A stretch of DNA of 64,000 bases from Planctomycetota bacterium (GTDB lineage Bacteria; Planctomycetota; UBA8108; SXIK01), in NCBI GenBank assembly GCA_965223845.1, contig CBDCXR010000004.1:1248001-1312000 (forward strand), read 5' to 3'. Below the pieces are notes generated by a model. That model worked only from the letters and a program-made list of their open reading frames with translations, was not told the origin of the DNA and made no database searches. The position numbers and the translations under genes were made by a program. Below are positions 55,216-64,000 of the stretch, piece after piece; position 1 is the first letter of the stretch, and the number at the start of each line of letters is the position of its first letter.

Positions 55216-57783
55216 ATGGTGCCTCCGCGAAAGATGATCCGCGGCCGAGAATCGGCGCTCTCCTCGAGCACGAATTCCGCCGCCGACGGGCCGAGCGAGA
55301 ATGCGGCCGTGACCTGGGTCGCGGAACAGCTTCGCGGAGACTGGCTCGAGCGGTCGGCGCCGCGGCGGTTCGGTCGCGCGCTTCGCACGGCGGCGGGCGA
55401 GCGGGTTCAGCCTGCCCGAGCGGTCGTTGCGGCGTTCGCGCGTTGGCGATCGGGACGCCGGGCGAGCGAGGCGGCACAGATCGAGAGGTACTCGATTCAA
55501 TCGCTGCTCCTCGCACTCGCCCGCTCCGGCCGTGAGCTCTCCGACGAGGACGGCGCCGCGGTCGTCGAGGCGTGGCGAATCGCGCGCGGAGATGACCTCT
55601 GGGTCGATGTCGACGACGCGATCCTCGCTTGGATTGAACGAGCGACCGGACGAGAGTCGATCCGCGCGAACTCGCCGCGACTCGCCGGCGCGCTCGAGGA
55701 ACTCGCCGAGCCGCTCGCTGCCACCGAGCGCGATCGGGCCGTTGCGGCCGAGGTCCGCCGACTCCTGGCGACGGGTCTCGAACGAATCCTCTCTCCCGGG
55801 CCGGCCTGGGTCGCGGATGCGGCGACGACGATCGAGCGGGCGCGACCGGAAGTGGGGGCGGCGTGGCTCGCGCTGCTCGAGCACGCGGGCTCGCGCCGAT
55901 CGGCGTCTCCGAGTGCGGCGTGGACGAAAACCGCGAGTGCGATGCTGCGGGAACTTGCTCCACCCGAGTTTGAAGACGGTCTCGCGCGCTGGCTTTCGGC
56001 GTGGGAGCGCGAGAGCGCGCGCGCCGACCCGAACGACGACCGCCACCGCAGAGTGCTCCGCGGGCTCGTCTGGATGGCGAAGAGCCGCGCGAACGCCCGA
56101 TTGTGCCGCGTGCTCGCTCGCTGCGCCGAGACGTCTCGCCGGCGCGACGCGCGCGGCTCGGGTTCGCTCGCCGGCGCGGCGCTCGCGGCCCTCGAAGAGT
56201 GGGCGATGCGACCGGCGGAAGAACCACCGGTACGGGAGGAGCTTGCGAGCAAGTCCGATTCCGAATCCCTCGCGTCCTCGCACGCACCGGACGCGAGCGC
56301 CGCGGCGGTCGTTGAGCTCACCCGTCTCGCCACTCGTGTCTCGCATCGGTCGTTCCGCCGTCGAATCGAACGCGCGCTCAGTACGGCCGCGGAGAGACGC
56401 GGAGTTGCGCGAGCCGAGCTCGAGGAGCTGGCGACACCCGACTTCGGATTAACGGGCGTCGGGACGCTCGCAGTCGAGATCGGCGGCTGCATCGGTCGCT
56501 TGAGCATCGCGCCGACAGCACGGGTCACGGAGGGATGGGAGCGACCGGGTGGCCGCGTCCTCGGCTCGGTCCCGGCCGATGCGCGCAGCGCCGATCCGGA
56601 TGGCGTCGCTCGATTCCGCGAGCGTGCGCGGACTCTTCGCGGCGCCGCGAGCGCCGTGCGCGACCGGCTCGAGTCGCTTCTCGTCTCGGCACGTTCGTGG
56701 GAGCTCGAAGCGTGGCGGCAGCGCTACCTCGTTCAACCGCTCGTCGGCGCGATCGCGCAGAACCTCATCTGGGCGTTTCGCCTTCCCGACGGCGTTCGCC
56801 TCGGCATCCCTCGCGACGGCAAGCTCGTCGACGTCTCCGGCGAGCGGCTCTACGGCTTTCGAGAATCGACCGAGGTGCGGCTGTGGCACCCGATCGGCTG
56901 CGCCGCCGACGCCGTCGGGCGGTGGCGCGATGTCCTGGTCGAGGAGGAGATCACGCAGCCGTTCAAGCAGGCGTTTCGCGAAGTCTACGTGCTCACGGAC
57001 GCCGAGCTCAGGACGAGACTCTATTCGAATCGGTTCGCCGGGCACATCGTGAAGCAGCACCAGTTCGCGCGACTCGCGAAAGCGCGAGGCTGGGAGTATT
57101 CCCTCGCGGGGCGATGGACGTTCGGGAACGGCACCGCGGCAAAGATCCTTCCCGAGTGGGGGATCCGAGCCGAGTTCTGGGTCGATCCGATTCGCGACGA
57201 CGACGCGTACTCCGACCGGGGCGCCGCGCTTTACCTAAGCACGGATCAGGTACGATTCGCGCGCACGGACGCTCCGGACGCCGAGCTCGAGCTTCTCGAC
57301 GTACCGGCGCTCGTCTTCACGGAGGTCATGCGCGATGTCGACCTCTTCGTCGGCGTTGCGAGCATCGGCAGCGACCCGGGCTGGACGGACGGCGCACTGG
57401 CGCACCGGTTCGGCGACTACTGGCGCGGGTTCTCGTTCGGCGCGCTCACCGAAGCCGCGCAATCTCGCCGCGAGCTGCTGGCGCGCCTGCTTCCCCGTCT
57501 CGAGGTGGGTCGCCGAAGCCGCATCGACGGGCGCTTCCTCGTCGTTCGCGGCGACCTGCGCACCTACAAGATTCACCTCGGAAGCGGAAACGTGCTGATG
57601 GAACCGAACGACCAGTATCTCTGCATCGTCGAGGATCGCGGCGCGGGTTCGTCAGTTCCGGCCGCGCGACTTCCATACGAAGGCGATCCGACGCTGAGCC
57701 TGATTCTCAGCAAGGCGATCCTCCTCGCCGACGACCGCTCCATCCGCGACGCCACGATTCGGCAGCAGATCCGCGACTCTTGA
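55216..57783 (+). CDS. DUF4132 domain-containing protein
   Basis: Helical N-terminus; 'ELEELATPDFGL', 'RLESLL...W..RYL..PLV..IA..LIW', 'VRLWHP', 'QPFKQAFREVY.LT', 'SNRFA.H', 'FTEVMRDVDLFVGV', 'YKIHLGSGN'. GGAG RBS before ATG 55216. Confidence 0.88.
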   Translation: MVPPRKMIRGRESALSSSTNSAADGPSENAAVTWVAEQLRGDWLERSAPRRFGRALRTAAGERVQPARAVVAAFARWRSGRRASEAAQIERYSIQSLLLALARSGRELSDEDGAAVVEAWRIARGDDLWVDVDDAILAWIERATGRESIRANSPRLAGALEELAEPLAATERDRAVAAEVRRLLATGLERILSPGPAWVADAATTIERARPEVGAAWLALLEHAGSRRSASPSAAWTKTASAMLRELAPPEFEDGLARWLSAWERESARADPNDDRHRRVLRGLVWMAKSRANARLCRVLARCAETSRRRDARGSGSLAGAALAALEEWAMRPAEEPPVREELASKSDSESLASSHAPDASAAAVVELTRLATRVSHRSFRRRIERALSTAAERRGVARAELEELATPDFGLTGVGTLAVEIGGCIGRLSIAPTARVTEGWERPGGRVLGSVPADARSADPDGVARFRERARTLRGAASAVRDRLESLLVSARSWELEAWRQRYLVQPLVGAIAQNLIWAFRLPDGVRLGIPRDGKLVDVSGERLYGFRESTEVRLWHPIGCAADAVGRWRDVLVEEEITQPFKQAFREVYVLTDAELRTRLYSNRFAGHIVKQHQFARLAKARGWEYSLAGRWTFGNGTAAKILPEWGIRAEFWVDPIRDDDAYSDRGAALYLSTDQVRFARTDAPDAELELLDVPALVFTEVMRDVDLFVGVASIGSDPGWTDGALAHRFGDYWRGFSFGALTEAAQSRRELLARLLPRLEVGRRSRIDGRFLVVRGDLRTYKIHLGSGNVLMEPNDQYLCIVEDRGAGSSVPAARLPYEGDPTLSLILSKAILLADDRSIRDATIRQQIRDS

Positions 57784-57965
57784 GAAGCGCGCGAAACCAT
57801 CGACGAGGCGTCTCCCCGTGTGCGCTCCATCGCTCGGTTCGAGTTGTGCTTCGGTCTCAAGGCGCATAGATTGACAGCGGGTCGACTTTCCTCGTTTCCT
57901 TCTAAAGTCCGTTCGATCGCCGCGCGCTCGTTCTTCGGGCCCGGGGATCCATCTGCGACGATGTC

Positions 57966-59939
57966 ATGAAGAACCCCTGTTTTCGCTTGCGCTCCATCGT
58001 CCTCGCAGCGCTGACGATGTCGGTCGGCTGGGGCATCCGCGGCAACTTCGGGCACGAGTACGGAGCGATGTTCGCCGGCGCGATCGCGACTCTCGCGGTC
58101 GTCCTGGTCGCGGGGCGAGACGATTGGGTTCGTCGTGCACCCTACTTCGCGCTGTTCGGAGCGATCGGCTGGGGATTCGGCGGCTCGATGTCCTACGGGC
58201 AGGTTCTCGGCTATACGCACTCGGGTCACGTCCCGTCGGAAGCGTACGGCTTCGCTTGCCTGTTCGTGATCGGTTTTCTGTGGGCGGGACTCGGAGGGGC
58301 GGCCGCGGCGATCCCGGCCGTGCTCGACTCGCGCCGCCTCGCGCTCTTCTTTCGACCCCTCAGCTTGGTCCTTGCGGTGTGGAGCGTTCTTCACTTCGCT
58401 CTCCCGTGGGTTCACGAGACGATTCAGGCCTACCAGGGCGCGAACCGGCGTCACGAAGGCGCGCTCTACTGGCTCGACAGCGATTGGGTTTCGGTGGCGT
58501 GCATTCTCGCCGCCATACTCGTCTACGATCTCGCGCAGAGACGATTCTCGAAGTCGCCCGAGCTCGTCGTCTACGTTCTCGCGGGAAGCGCCGGGGGGTG
58601 GCTGCTCGCGCTCGGGCTCGAGCTCACGGGGCTCGCGCCGATCCTTGTCGACGCCTTTGTTCGTCACTACGGCGATCTCGCGACCTACAGCCGCGACGAG
58701 CTCGTCAGCAACTGGCCAAACTTCTTCGCGTGGATCCCGGAGCACCTCGGCTGGGCGGCGGGCGGGATCGCCGGCATCGGTGTCTACTTTGCGCGTCACG
58801 GAAAGTTCCGCCACGGAGCGGGACTCCTCCTCCATCTCGCGCTCGGGTGGTTCGTCGGCTTTCTTCTTCTTCCCGTGCTTCTCGACCTCCGCATGACGCC
58901 GCCGCGCGGGGACAATTGGGCCGGCGTCCTCGGGGTCTGGATCGGCGCGATGGTGTTCTGTCTCCGCCGCGGCTATAGCTCGATCGCGTACGCGTCGCTC
59001 GTCGGCGGCACGATCGGCGGGATCGGGTTTGCCGGTGCAGCTTGGGTGCAGATCCTCGGGAAGACGCTCGGGAATCCTGTCCTCGCGGCAGACGCGATCG
59101 CCGCCGGAGGGCCGGAGGGTGAAGCCGCGGCGGCCTGGGTCGCGTCCTGGCGACACTGGCAGAGCGCGAATTGGCACAGCATCCTCGAGCAGGTCTACGG
59201 CGCGGTGAACGGAATCGCCGTCCTCGCCGCGCTAGGAGTTCTCGTTGGGAAAACTCCGCCGCGGACGGAAGTCGGTTCCGCGCCGCGTTGGCCCGCGGTG
59301 CTGTGCGTGTTCTTCGCCGGACCGATGCTCGGTTACGCCAATCTCGAGAAGAACCTCGGCGACTGGACACGCGAGGTCGCCCCCGGGTTCCGACCGATTC
59401 CCCTCAACCTGACGGCGCCGCTCTTCGAGTTCGATCTCAGCGCTCGGGCGTGGTTCGCACTCTTTTGGTGGTCGGCGTCGCTCGTCGCTTTCATCATCCT
59501 TGCCCGGCATCTCCGGCGTCCCCTCCCCGTCTTCGCTGTTCGTCCGGAGGCGCGCGCGCAGCTTCTCTATCTCGCGATCGTCTGGCTCTTCGTTTTGGGG
59601 AACGCTGCGAAGCAGCTTCCGGCGTTTGGAGAGGGACGTCTCGTTACGGAGGGAGTGATCTTCCTGAGTGCCTGCGCCGCGACGCTGCTCCTCGTTTGCG
59701 GGAAGAACTCGAGTGCGCCACCGCCGCGAGCACCGCGCGACGGTGAGCTGCGGGCGCGAGTGCGAGGCTGGGCGGTGATCGCATCGATCGCACTCGTCGC
59801 CGTCACGCTCGGCGCCGCGACGTCCGTGCGCGCGATCTACGGCGACAAGCCGGTCGGATTTCGCGGGCCGGACATTCGCTTCGGTCCCGAGTCGAACGCC
59901 GTACGCCGTCCACTTCTCCGCGGCGTCGACCATCGCTGA
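57966..59939 (+). CDS. Hypothetical polytopic membrane protein
   Basis: Many hydrophobic segments; polar motifs 'GWGIRGNFGHEYGA', 'GGSMSYG', 'PRGDNWAG', 'NWHSILEQ'. Codon usage resembles neighbouring genes. Confidence 0.8.
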   Translation: MKNPCFRLRSIVLAALTMSVGWGIRGNFGHEYGAMFAGAIATLAVVLVAGRDDWVRRAPYFALFGAIGWGFGGSMSYGQVLGYTHSGHVPSEAYGFACLFVIGFLWAGLGGAAAAIPAVLDSRRLALFFRPLSLVLAVWSVLHFALPWVHETIQAYQGANRRHEGALYWLDSDWVSVACILAAILVYDLAQRRFSKSPELVVYVLAGSAGGWLLALGLELTGLAPILVDAFVRHYGDLATYSRDELVSNWPNFFAWIPEHLGWAAGGIAGIGVYFARHGKFRHGAGLLLHLALGWFVGFLLLPVLLDLRMTPPRGDNWAGVLGVWIGAMVFCLRRGYSSIAYASLVGGTIGGIGFAGAAWVQILGKTLGNPVLAADAIAAGGPEGEAAAAWVASWRHWQSANWHSILEQVYGAVNGIAVLAALGVLVGKTPPRTEVGSAPRWPAVLCVFFAGPMLGYANLEKNLGDWTREVAPGFRPIPLNLTAPLFEFDLSARAWFALFWWSASLVAFIILARHLRRPLPVFAVRPEARAQLLYLAIVWLFVLGNAAKQLPAFGEGRLVTEGVIFLSACAATLLLVCGKNSSAPPPRAPRDGELRARVRGWAVIASIALVAVTLGAATSVRAIYGDKPVGFRGPDIRFGPESNAVRRPLLRGVDHR

Positions 59940-60045
59940 GCTCGCCGGTACAGAAGGCCGGCAAAGGGAAAGGGCGACAAAGCTCCTCGCGCGGCGTACA
60001 ACCTATTCCTTCGCTGACCCTTCGATCGATCTGGAGCCTGCCGTC

Positions 60046-60735
60046 ATGTCCTCTCGAACCATCGTGATTACCGGAGCGAGCCGCGGACTCGGACGGGCGA
60101 TGGTGGACGAACTGATCCGTGCCGGCCATCGCGTCCACGGCTGCGCGCGATCACCTCGAGCGATCGAAGAGCTGAACCGTGAGCACGGCGCTCCGCACAC
60201 GTTCGATGTCGTCGATATCGCGCGTGACGACGAGGTCGCCGCCTGGGCGGAGCGGTGCCTCGCGGAGTATACGCCCGACCTCTTGATCAACAACGCCGCG
60301 CTGATCAACGCGAACGCGCCGGCGTGGGAAGTCCCGAGCGAAGAGTTCGACTCGGTGGTCGACGTCAACCTGAAGGGAACGGCGAACCTCGTCCGGAGAT
60401 TCGTTCCCGCGATGGTGGCGGCGAACCGCGGGGTGATCGTCAACTTCAGTTCCGGGTGGGGACGCTCGGTCTCGCCGGAGGTCGCACCGTACTGCCTGAC
60501 GAAGTGGGGAATCGAGGGCTACACGCAGGCCCTCGCACTCGAACTTCCTCGCGGCATGGCAGCGATCCCGCTCAACCCGGGGATCATCGACACCGACATG
60601 CTCCGCAGCTGCTTCGGCGGCTCCGCGAGTGCGTATCCGGACGCGAACGAGTGGGCGGCGGATGCGGTGCCGTTTCTTCTTCGACTCGGTCCGGAGCACA
60701 ACGGTCGATCGCTCACCGTCGGCGACCGAGTGTGA
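60046..60735 (+). CDS. SDR family oxidoreductase (pterin aldehyde reductase-like)
   Basis: TGASRGLG, NNAA, 'SSGWGRS', 'YCLTKWGIEG', 'LNPGIIDTDML'. Confidence 0.9.
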   Translation: MSSRTIVITGASRGLGRAMVDELIRAGHRVHGCARSPRAIEELNREHGAPHTFDVVDIARDDEVAAWAERCLAEYTPDLLINNAALINANAPAWEVPSEEFDSVVDVNLKGTANLVRRFVPAMVAANRGVIVNFSSGWGRSVSPEVAPYCLTKWGIEGYTQALALELPRGMAAIPLNPGIIDTDMLRSCFGGSASAYPDANEWAADAVPFLLRLGPEHNGRSLTVGDRV

Positions 60736-60835
60736 CGCCGATGCCGGGTCCACGGGATCGATCGTCCGCAGTGTGCTCTCGGCGACCGTGCGTTCTCGTG
60801 CCGTCGGCTACGACCCCAGGCAGGATGGAGGGACG

Positions 60836-61498
60836 GTGAACTACCTCGCGCACGGAGTCCACGTACTCGACGAGCCCCTCGTGCTCGCCGGCACGGCGCT
60901 GCCGGGCTGGCTCTCCGCTCTCGGCCGCGAGTTCCGGGTGCGGACGCGCCACGTCGAAGCGGCGGAGCAAATCGTTCACCGGTGGGGGAACGCCTCCGAG
61001 CGCATTCTTCGCGGCGTGCGCCGGCACTTTAGCGACGACGATTGGTTCCATTCGAGCGGCGTGTTCGAGGAGACGATGGACGCCGCCGCGCGGCTGATCC
61101 GGTCGGTATGTCCGGGCCGCCCTCGACTTCGGGCGAGCTTTCTCGGCCACGTCGGAAGCGAGATGCTCCTCGACGCCTCGCTCGTCGAAGAGGAGCCGCA
61201 GCTGCTTACGCGTTACTACGACGCGGTCGAAGAGGCCGATGCCGACGACCTCGAGGACTTTTCCGCACGGCTCGTCGGAGCACCACGCGGCCGACTCACG
61301 GCGCGGGTGCGACACTTTCTCGATCTTCGCTTTCTCGGCGACTATCTCGACGACGGAGTCTTCTTCGTTCGTCTCGGTCAGGTCGCTCAGCGCGTCGGGA
61401 TCGAGGAGATCCCCGGCGAGATCATCGAGATCGTTCCGCGTTGGCGCGAACTCGTTCGATCGCGAGCGAACGAGTTGCTGACGCCGCAGTCGAGCTGA
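60836..61498 (+). CDS. Hypothetical protein, ACP phosphodiesterase (AcpH)-like
   Basis: GTG start with GGAGG RBS giving 'MNYLAH'; 'GVRRHFSDDDWFH' and 'GHVGSEMLLD' metal-binding pattern. Confidence 0.7.
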   Translation: MNYLAHGVHVLDEPLVLAGTALPGWLSALGREFRVRTRHVEAAEQIVHRWGNASERILRGVRRHFSDDDWFHSSGVFEETMDAAARLIRSVCPGRPRLRASFLGHVGSEMLLDASLVEEEPQLLTRYYDAVEEADADDLEDFSARLVGAPRGRLTARVRHFLDLRFLGDYLDDGVFFVRLGQVAQRVGIEEIPGEIIEIVPRWRELVRSRANELLTPQSS

Positions 61499-61562
61499 AG
61501 GGCGCGCCGCTTCGCGTGGCCGGAGGTCCGGCCTCGGTCCTCGGAGAGGCTCTTCGCCAGGA

Positions 61563-63479
61563 TCAAGGCTCCGCGATCGTTCCGATGATCGCGTCGAGTG
61601 TACCGGTCGCGATCGAGTGGTAGCCCGGTCGGGCCTCCGCGTAAACGCGGCGGGCGAACTCTCGTCCTCGCTCGGTCTCTGCGAGTCGTTCGTAGAGCGG
61701 CTGGAGAAACTTGCGCCGTCCGACGCTGCGGAGAAAACGCTCGAGCGTCGGGAGGGCCGGCTCGTACCACGCTGAAATCGCGCGCAGCAGCCAGGCACAC
61801 AGAATCTCCGAGTTTCCCGATGCGGTGAGCCGAAACGCGGCGTCGAGTCTCGCGAGCTCGTCCGCCGGAGTTTCGTCGGGCAGATGCCGGATGAAGTGGA
61901 GCCACTCGTGGGTAGACCAGCCTTCCGTTCCGAGATCGGCGACCGCGGCCGCACCGCTCTGCCAGCGTTCGAGCTCGCGGAGCACGCGCTCGAGCCGCGC
62001 GCTGGTCGGCGCATCGAGATTGGGCGGCAAGCCGGGGCCGTAGACCCAGTCGTCGAGTGCGAGCTTCGACTCGAGCGCTTCGTCGCCGCCGACGAGCTTC
62101 GCGCGCAGATGCGCGAGAAACCCCGCCGAAGTCATCGAGCGAAACGCGAACTCCTCGAAGTAGGCGCGGAGAAACGCGTCCCACCGCTCACGGCCGATGA
62201 GCGCCTCGAGCGTTCGGAGGAAGTAGTAGCCCTTCACGTACGCGATCGCCGTCATGCCGTCGTCGGGGTCGCGTCCCTCGAGAGCGAGATGAAGATGCGT
62301 GTCGGCGTGCTCGCGGCCGATCTCCTCGATCTCCTTGCGGAGGCCGGCGAGCTCGAGGGTGGCGAGCATCTCGGAGTACTCGCGACCGAACACCGCTTCC
62401 ATGATGCGCTGCTCGAAGTAGACCGTGAATCCCTCGTTGAGCCAGAACTCGTTCCAAGTCGCGTTCGTGACGAGGTTTCCGCTCCAGGAGTGGGCGAGCT
62501 CGTGCGCGACGAGCGCGACGAGGGAACGATCGCCCGCGAGAATCGTCGGTGTCGCGAACGTGAGCCGTGGATTCTCCATCCCGCCGAACGGAAAGCTCGG
62601 CGGCAGAACGAGGATGTCGTAGCGGTCCCAGCGGTAGGGTCCGTACAGCCGCTCGGCCTCCGCGATCATCCGTTCGGTGTCCGCGAATTCCCACGCGGCC
62701 TTCTCGACCACGCTCGGTTCGGCGTAGACGCCGGCGCGCTCGCTGATCGAGCGAAACTCGAGGTCGCCGACGGCGAGCGCGAGCAGATACGAGGGAATCG
62801 GCTGCTTCATCTCGAACGCGTAGACGCCGTTCGAGTTTTTCTCGGTTGGATTGCTCGCGCTCATCACGGCGAGCAGCTCGGGAGCGACGCGAACGCGCGC
62901 CGAGTACGTCATGCGGACCGCGGGGGAGTCCTGACACGGAATCCAAGTCCGCGCGAGGATCGCCTGCGACTGCGAAAAGAGAAATGGTGCGCGTTTCCCC
63001 GCCGTTTGCTCCGGGGCGAGCCACTGGAGCGCCCTGGCGTTCGGATCGGTTTCGTAGTGGATGCGTACGGCCTCGGTCGCTGGCGCGAGCTCAACCACGA
63101 GGGCGCGGCCGAGAAGGTCGTCCGCGGGCCCGAATCGCCACTCGGCGTGGCTTCCGGACGGAAGAAGCTCGACCGACTCGATCGTGAGACCGTGAGAATC
63201 GAGATGAAGTTCGTCGCCGCGGTGTCGATCGAGAGCGAGCCGCGCCGAGCCGCGCAGGCGCCGCGCGGAGAAGTCGACGCTGAGATCGAGATCGAGGTGG
63301 CGGACGGCGACTTCGTCCGGTCGCGAGTACGAATGTGGATCGCGCGCTTCGCCTGCATCCGGCGATTCGCTTGGATCGAACAATGCACACCCGGAGAGCG
63401 AGACACCGGCCCCGAGCGCGATCGCCCGAACGAAGTGCGCCGCTCTTCGACGGCCCGGAGAGAGGATCGGTCGCGTCAT
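61563..63479 (-). CDS. M1 family aminopeptidase (leukotriene A4 hydrolase-like), probable lipoprotein
   Basis: 'PFGGMENP', 'HELAHSWSGNLVTN', 'WLNEGFT', 'YVKG', C-terminal 'VGRRKF'; lipobox 'LSGC'. Confidence 0.95.
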   Translation of the reverse strand: MTRPILSPGRRRAAHFVRAIALGAGVSLSGCALFDPSESPDAGEARDPHSYSRPDEVAVRHLDLDLSVDFSARRLRGSARLALDRHRGDELHLDSHGLTIESVELLPSGSHAEWRFGPADDLLGRALVVELAPATEAVRIHYETDPNARALQWLAPEQTAGKRAPFLFSQSQAILARTWIPCQDSPAVRMTYSARVRVAPELLAVMSASNPTEKNSNGVYAFEMKQPIPSYLLALAVGDLEFRSISERAGVYAEPSVVEKAAWEFADTERMIAEAERLYGPYRWDRYDILVLPPSFPFGGMENPRLTFATPTILAGDRSLVALVAHELAHSWSGNLVTNATWNEFWLNEGFTVYFEQRIMEAVFGREYSEMLATLELAGLRKEIEEIGREHADTHLHLALEGRDPDDGMTAIAYVKGYYFLRTLEALIGRERWDAFLRAYFEEFAFRSMTSAGFLAHLRAKLVGGDEALESKLALDDWVYGPGLPPNLDAPTSARLERVLRELERWQSGAAAVADLGTEGWSTHEWLHFIRHLPDETPADELARLDAAFRLTASGNSEILCAWLLRAISAWYEPALPTLERFLRSVGRRKFLQPLYERLAETERGREFARRVYAEARPGYHSIATGTLDAIIGTIAEP

Positions 63480-63488
63480 TCGGCGGAA

Positions 63489-64000
63489 CTAGAAGTGACT
63501 CTTGATGAACCGAATCCCCTCTTCGTAAACTTCGTCGCGCGAGGGGAAGAAATCGCGCCAGACGCGAGTCGCGGCGGCTAGGTCCGGGAGCGCTCGCCCG
63601 AAGGCCTCGATGGTTAGCCAACCGTCGTAGCCGCTCGCCTTGACCGCCGCGAAGGTCTCGGCCCATGGGACGTGTCCCTTCCCCGGTGTTCCGCGGTCGT
63701 TTTCGGAGACGTGGAAGTGGGCGACGACGTCGGCGTGATCCGAGAACGCCGCGACCGGGTCCTTCTCTTCGATGTTGGCGTGAAACGTGTCGTACATCGT
63801 GCGGAACGAGGGGTGATCGACTCTCCGCACGTAGTCGGCCGCGTCGGCTGCCGTCGTGAGGAAGTAGCACTCGAATCGGTTGAGGTACTCGATCGCGAGA
63901 GTGAGTCCTGCGGTCTTCGCCGCGTCCGCCGCTTCGCGGTGGACGTCCGCCGCTCGCTCCTTCTCCTCCTCGGTCGGAGCGTTCCCGCTGAAGATGCCGA
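63489..64000 (-). CDS. Sugar phosphate isomerase/epimerase (D-psicose/D-tagatose 3-epimerase family), 5' end outside the window
   Basis: 'IEYLNRFECYF', 'YDTFHANIEE', 'HVSENDRGTPG', 'LTIEAFG'. Frame open to the window edge. Confidence 0.9.
   Translation of the reverse strand, partial: GIFSGNAPTEEEKERAADVHREAADAAKTAGLTLAIEYLNRFECYFLTTAADAADYVRRVDHPSFRTMYDTFHANIEEKDPVAAFSDHADVVAHFHVSENDRGTPGKGHVPWAETFAAVKASGYDGWLTIEAFGRALPDLAAATRVWRDFFPSRDEVYEEGIRFIKSHF

Noticed and set aside
57871-57908. TTGACA ... TAAAGT as a sigma-70 promoter
   Set aside because: The spacer is 26 nt, far from the 16-18 nt required.
1-64000. CRISPR arrays, tRNA/rRNA, IS elements, prophage genes
   Set aside because: No regularly spaced direct repeats, cloverleaf or rRNA signatures, or transposase, integrase or phage motifs were seen. 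The frequent TCGA/CGCG words look like genome-wide composition, not discrete repeats.

Overview
64 kb of high-GC, gene-dense chromosomal DNA. The gene content points strongly to a Planctomycetota bacterium: three DUF1501 genes, three DUF1549/DUF1553 (PSCyt2/PSD1) genes, two planctomycete cytochrome c-WD40 proteins, PPC-domain proteins, two PVC-type heme-binding CxxCH proteins, a sulfatase and an HzsA-related protein with a dockerin-like tail. These are interspersed with housekeeping and metabolic genes (mnmA, aspC/tyrB, rnd, cutC, ferritin, M1 and M42 peptidases, SDRs, Na+/solute symporters). I saw no rRNA, tRNA, CRISPR array or transposase. The most striking unexplained unit is a two-gene operon at 54767-57783. 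It encodes a 131-aa ubiquitin/MoaD-like beta-grasp protein with a helical insert and a free C-terminal LVPLVGG, followed by a large DUF4132-type protein, and no E1, E2 or JAB gene is in the window. Also notable are a probable sigma-54-driven membrane protein with a DUF5919-like domain lying against the orientation of a DUF1501/PSD1 super-cluster, and a probable fusion scar in a 1453-aa cytochrome/WD40/PPC protein. All family calls are by motif recognition from memory; no searches were run. Start codons were refined by eye using RBS and gene overlaps.
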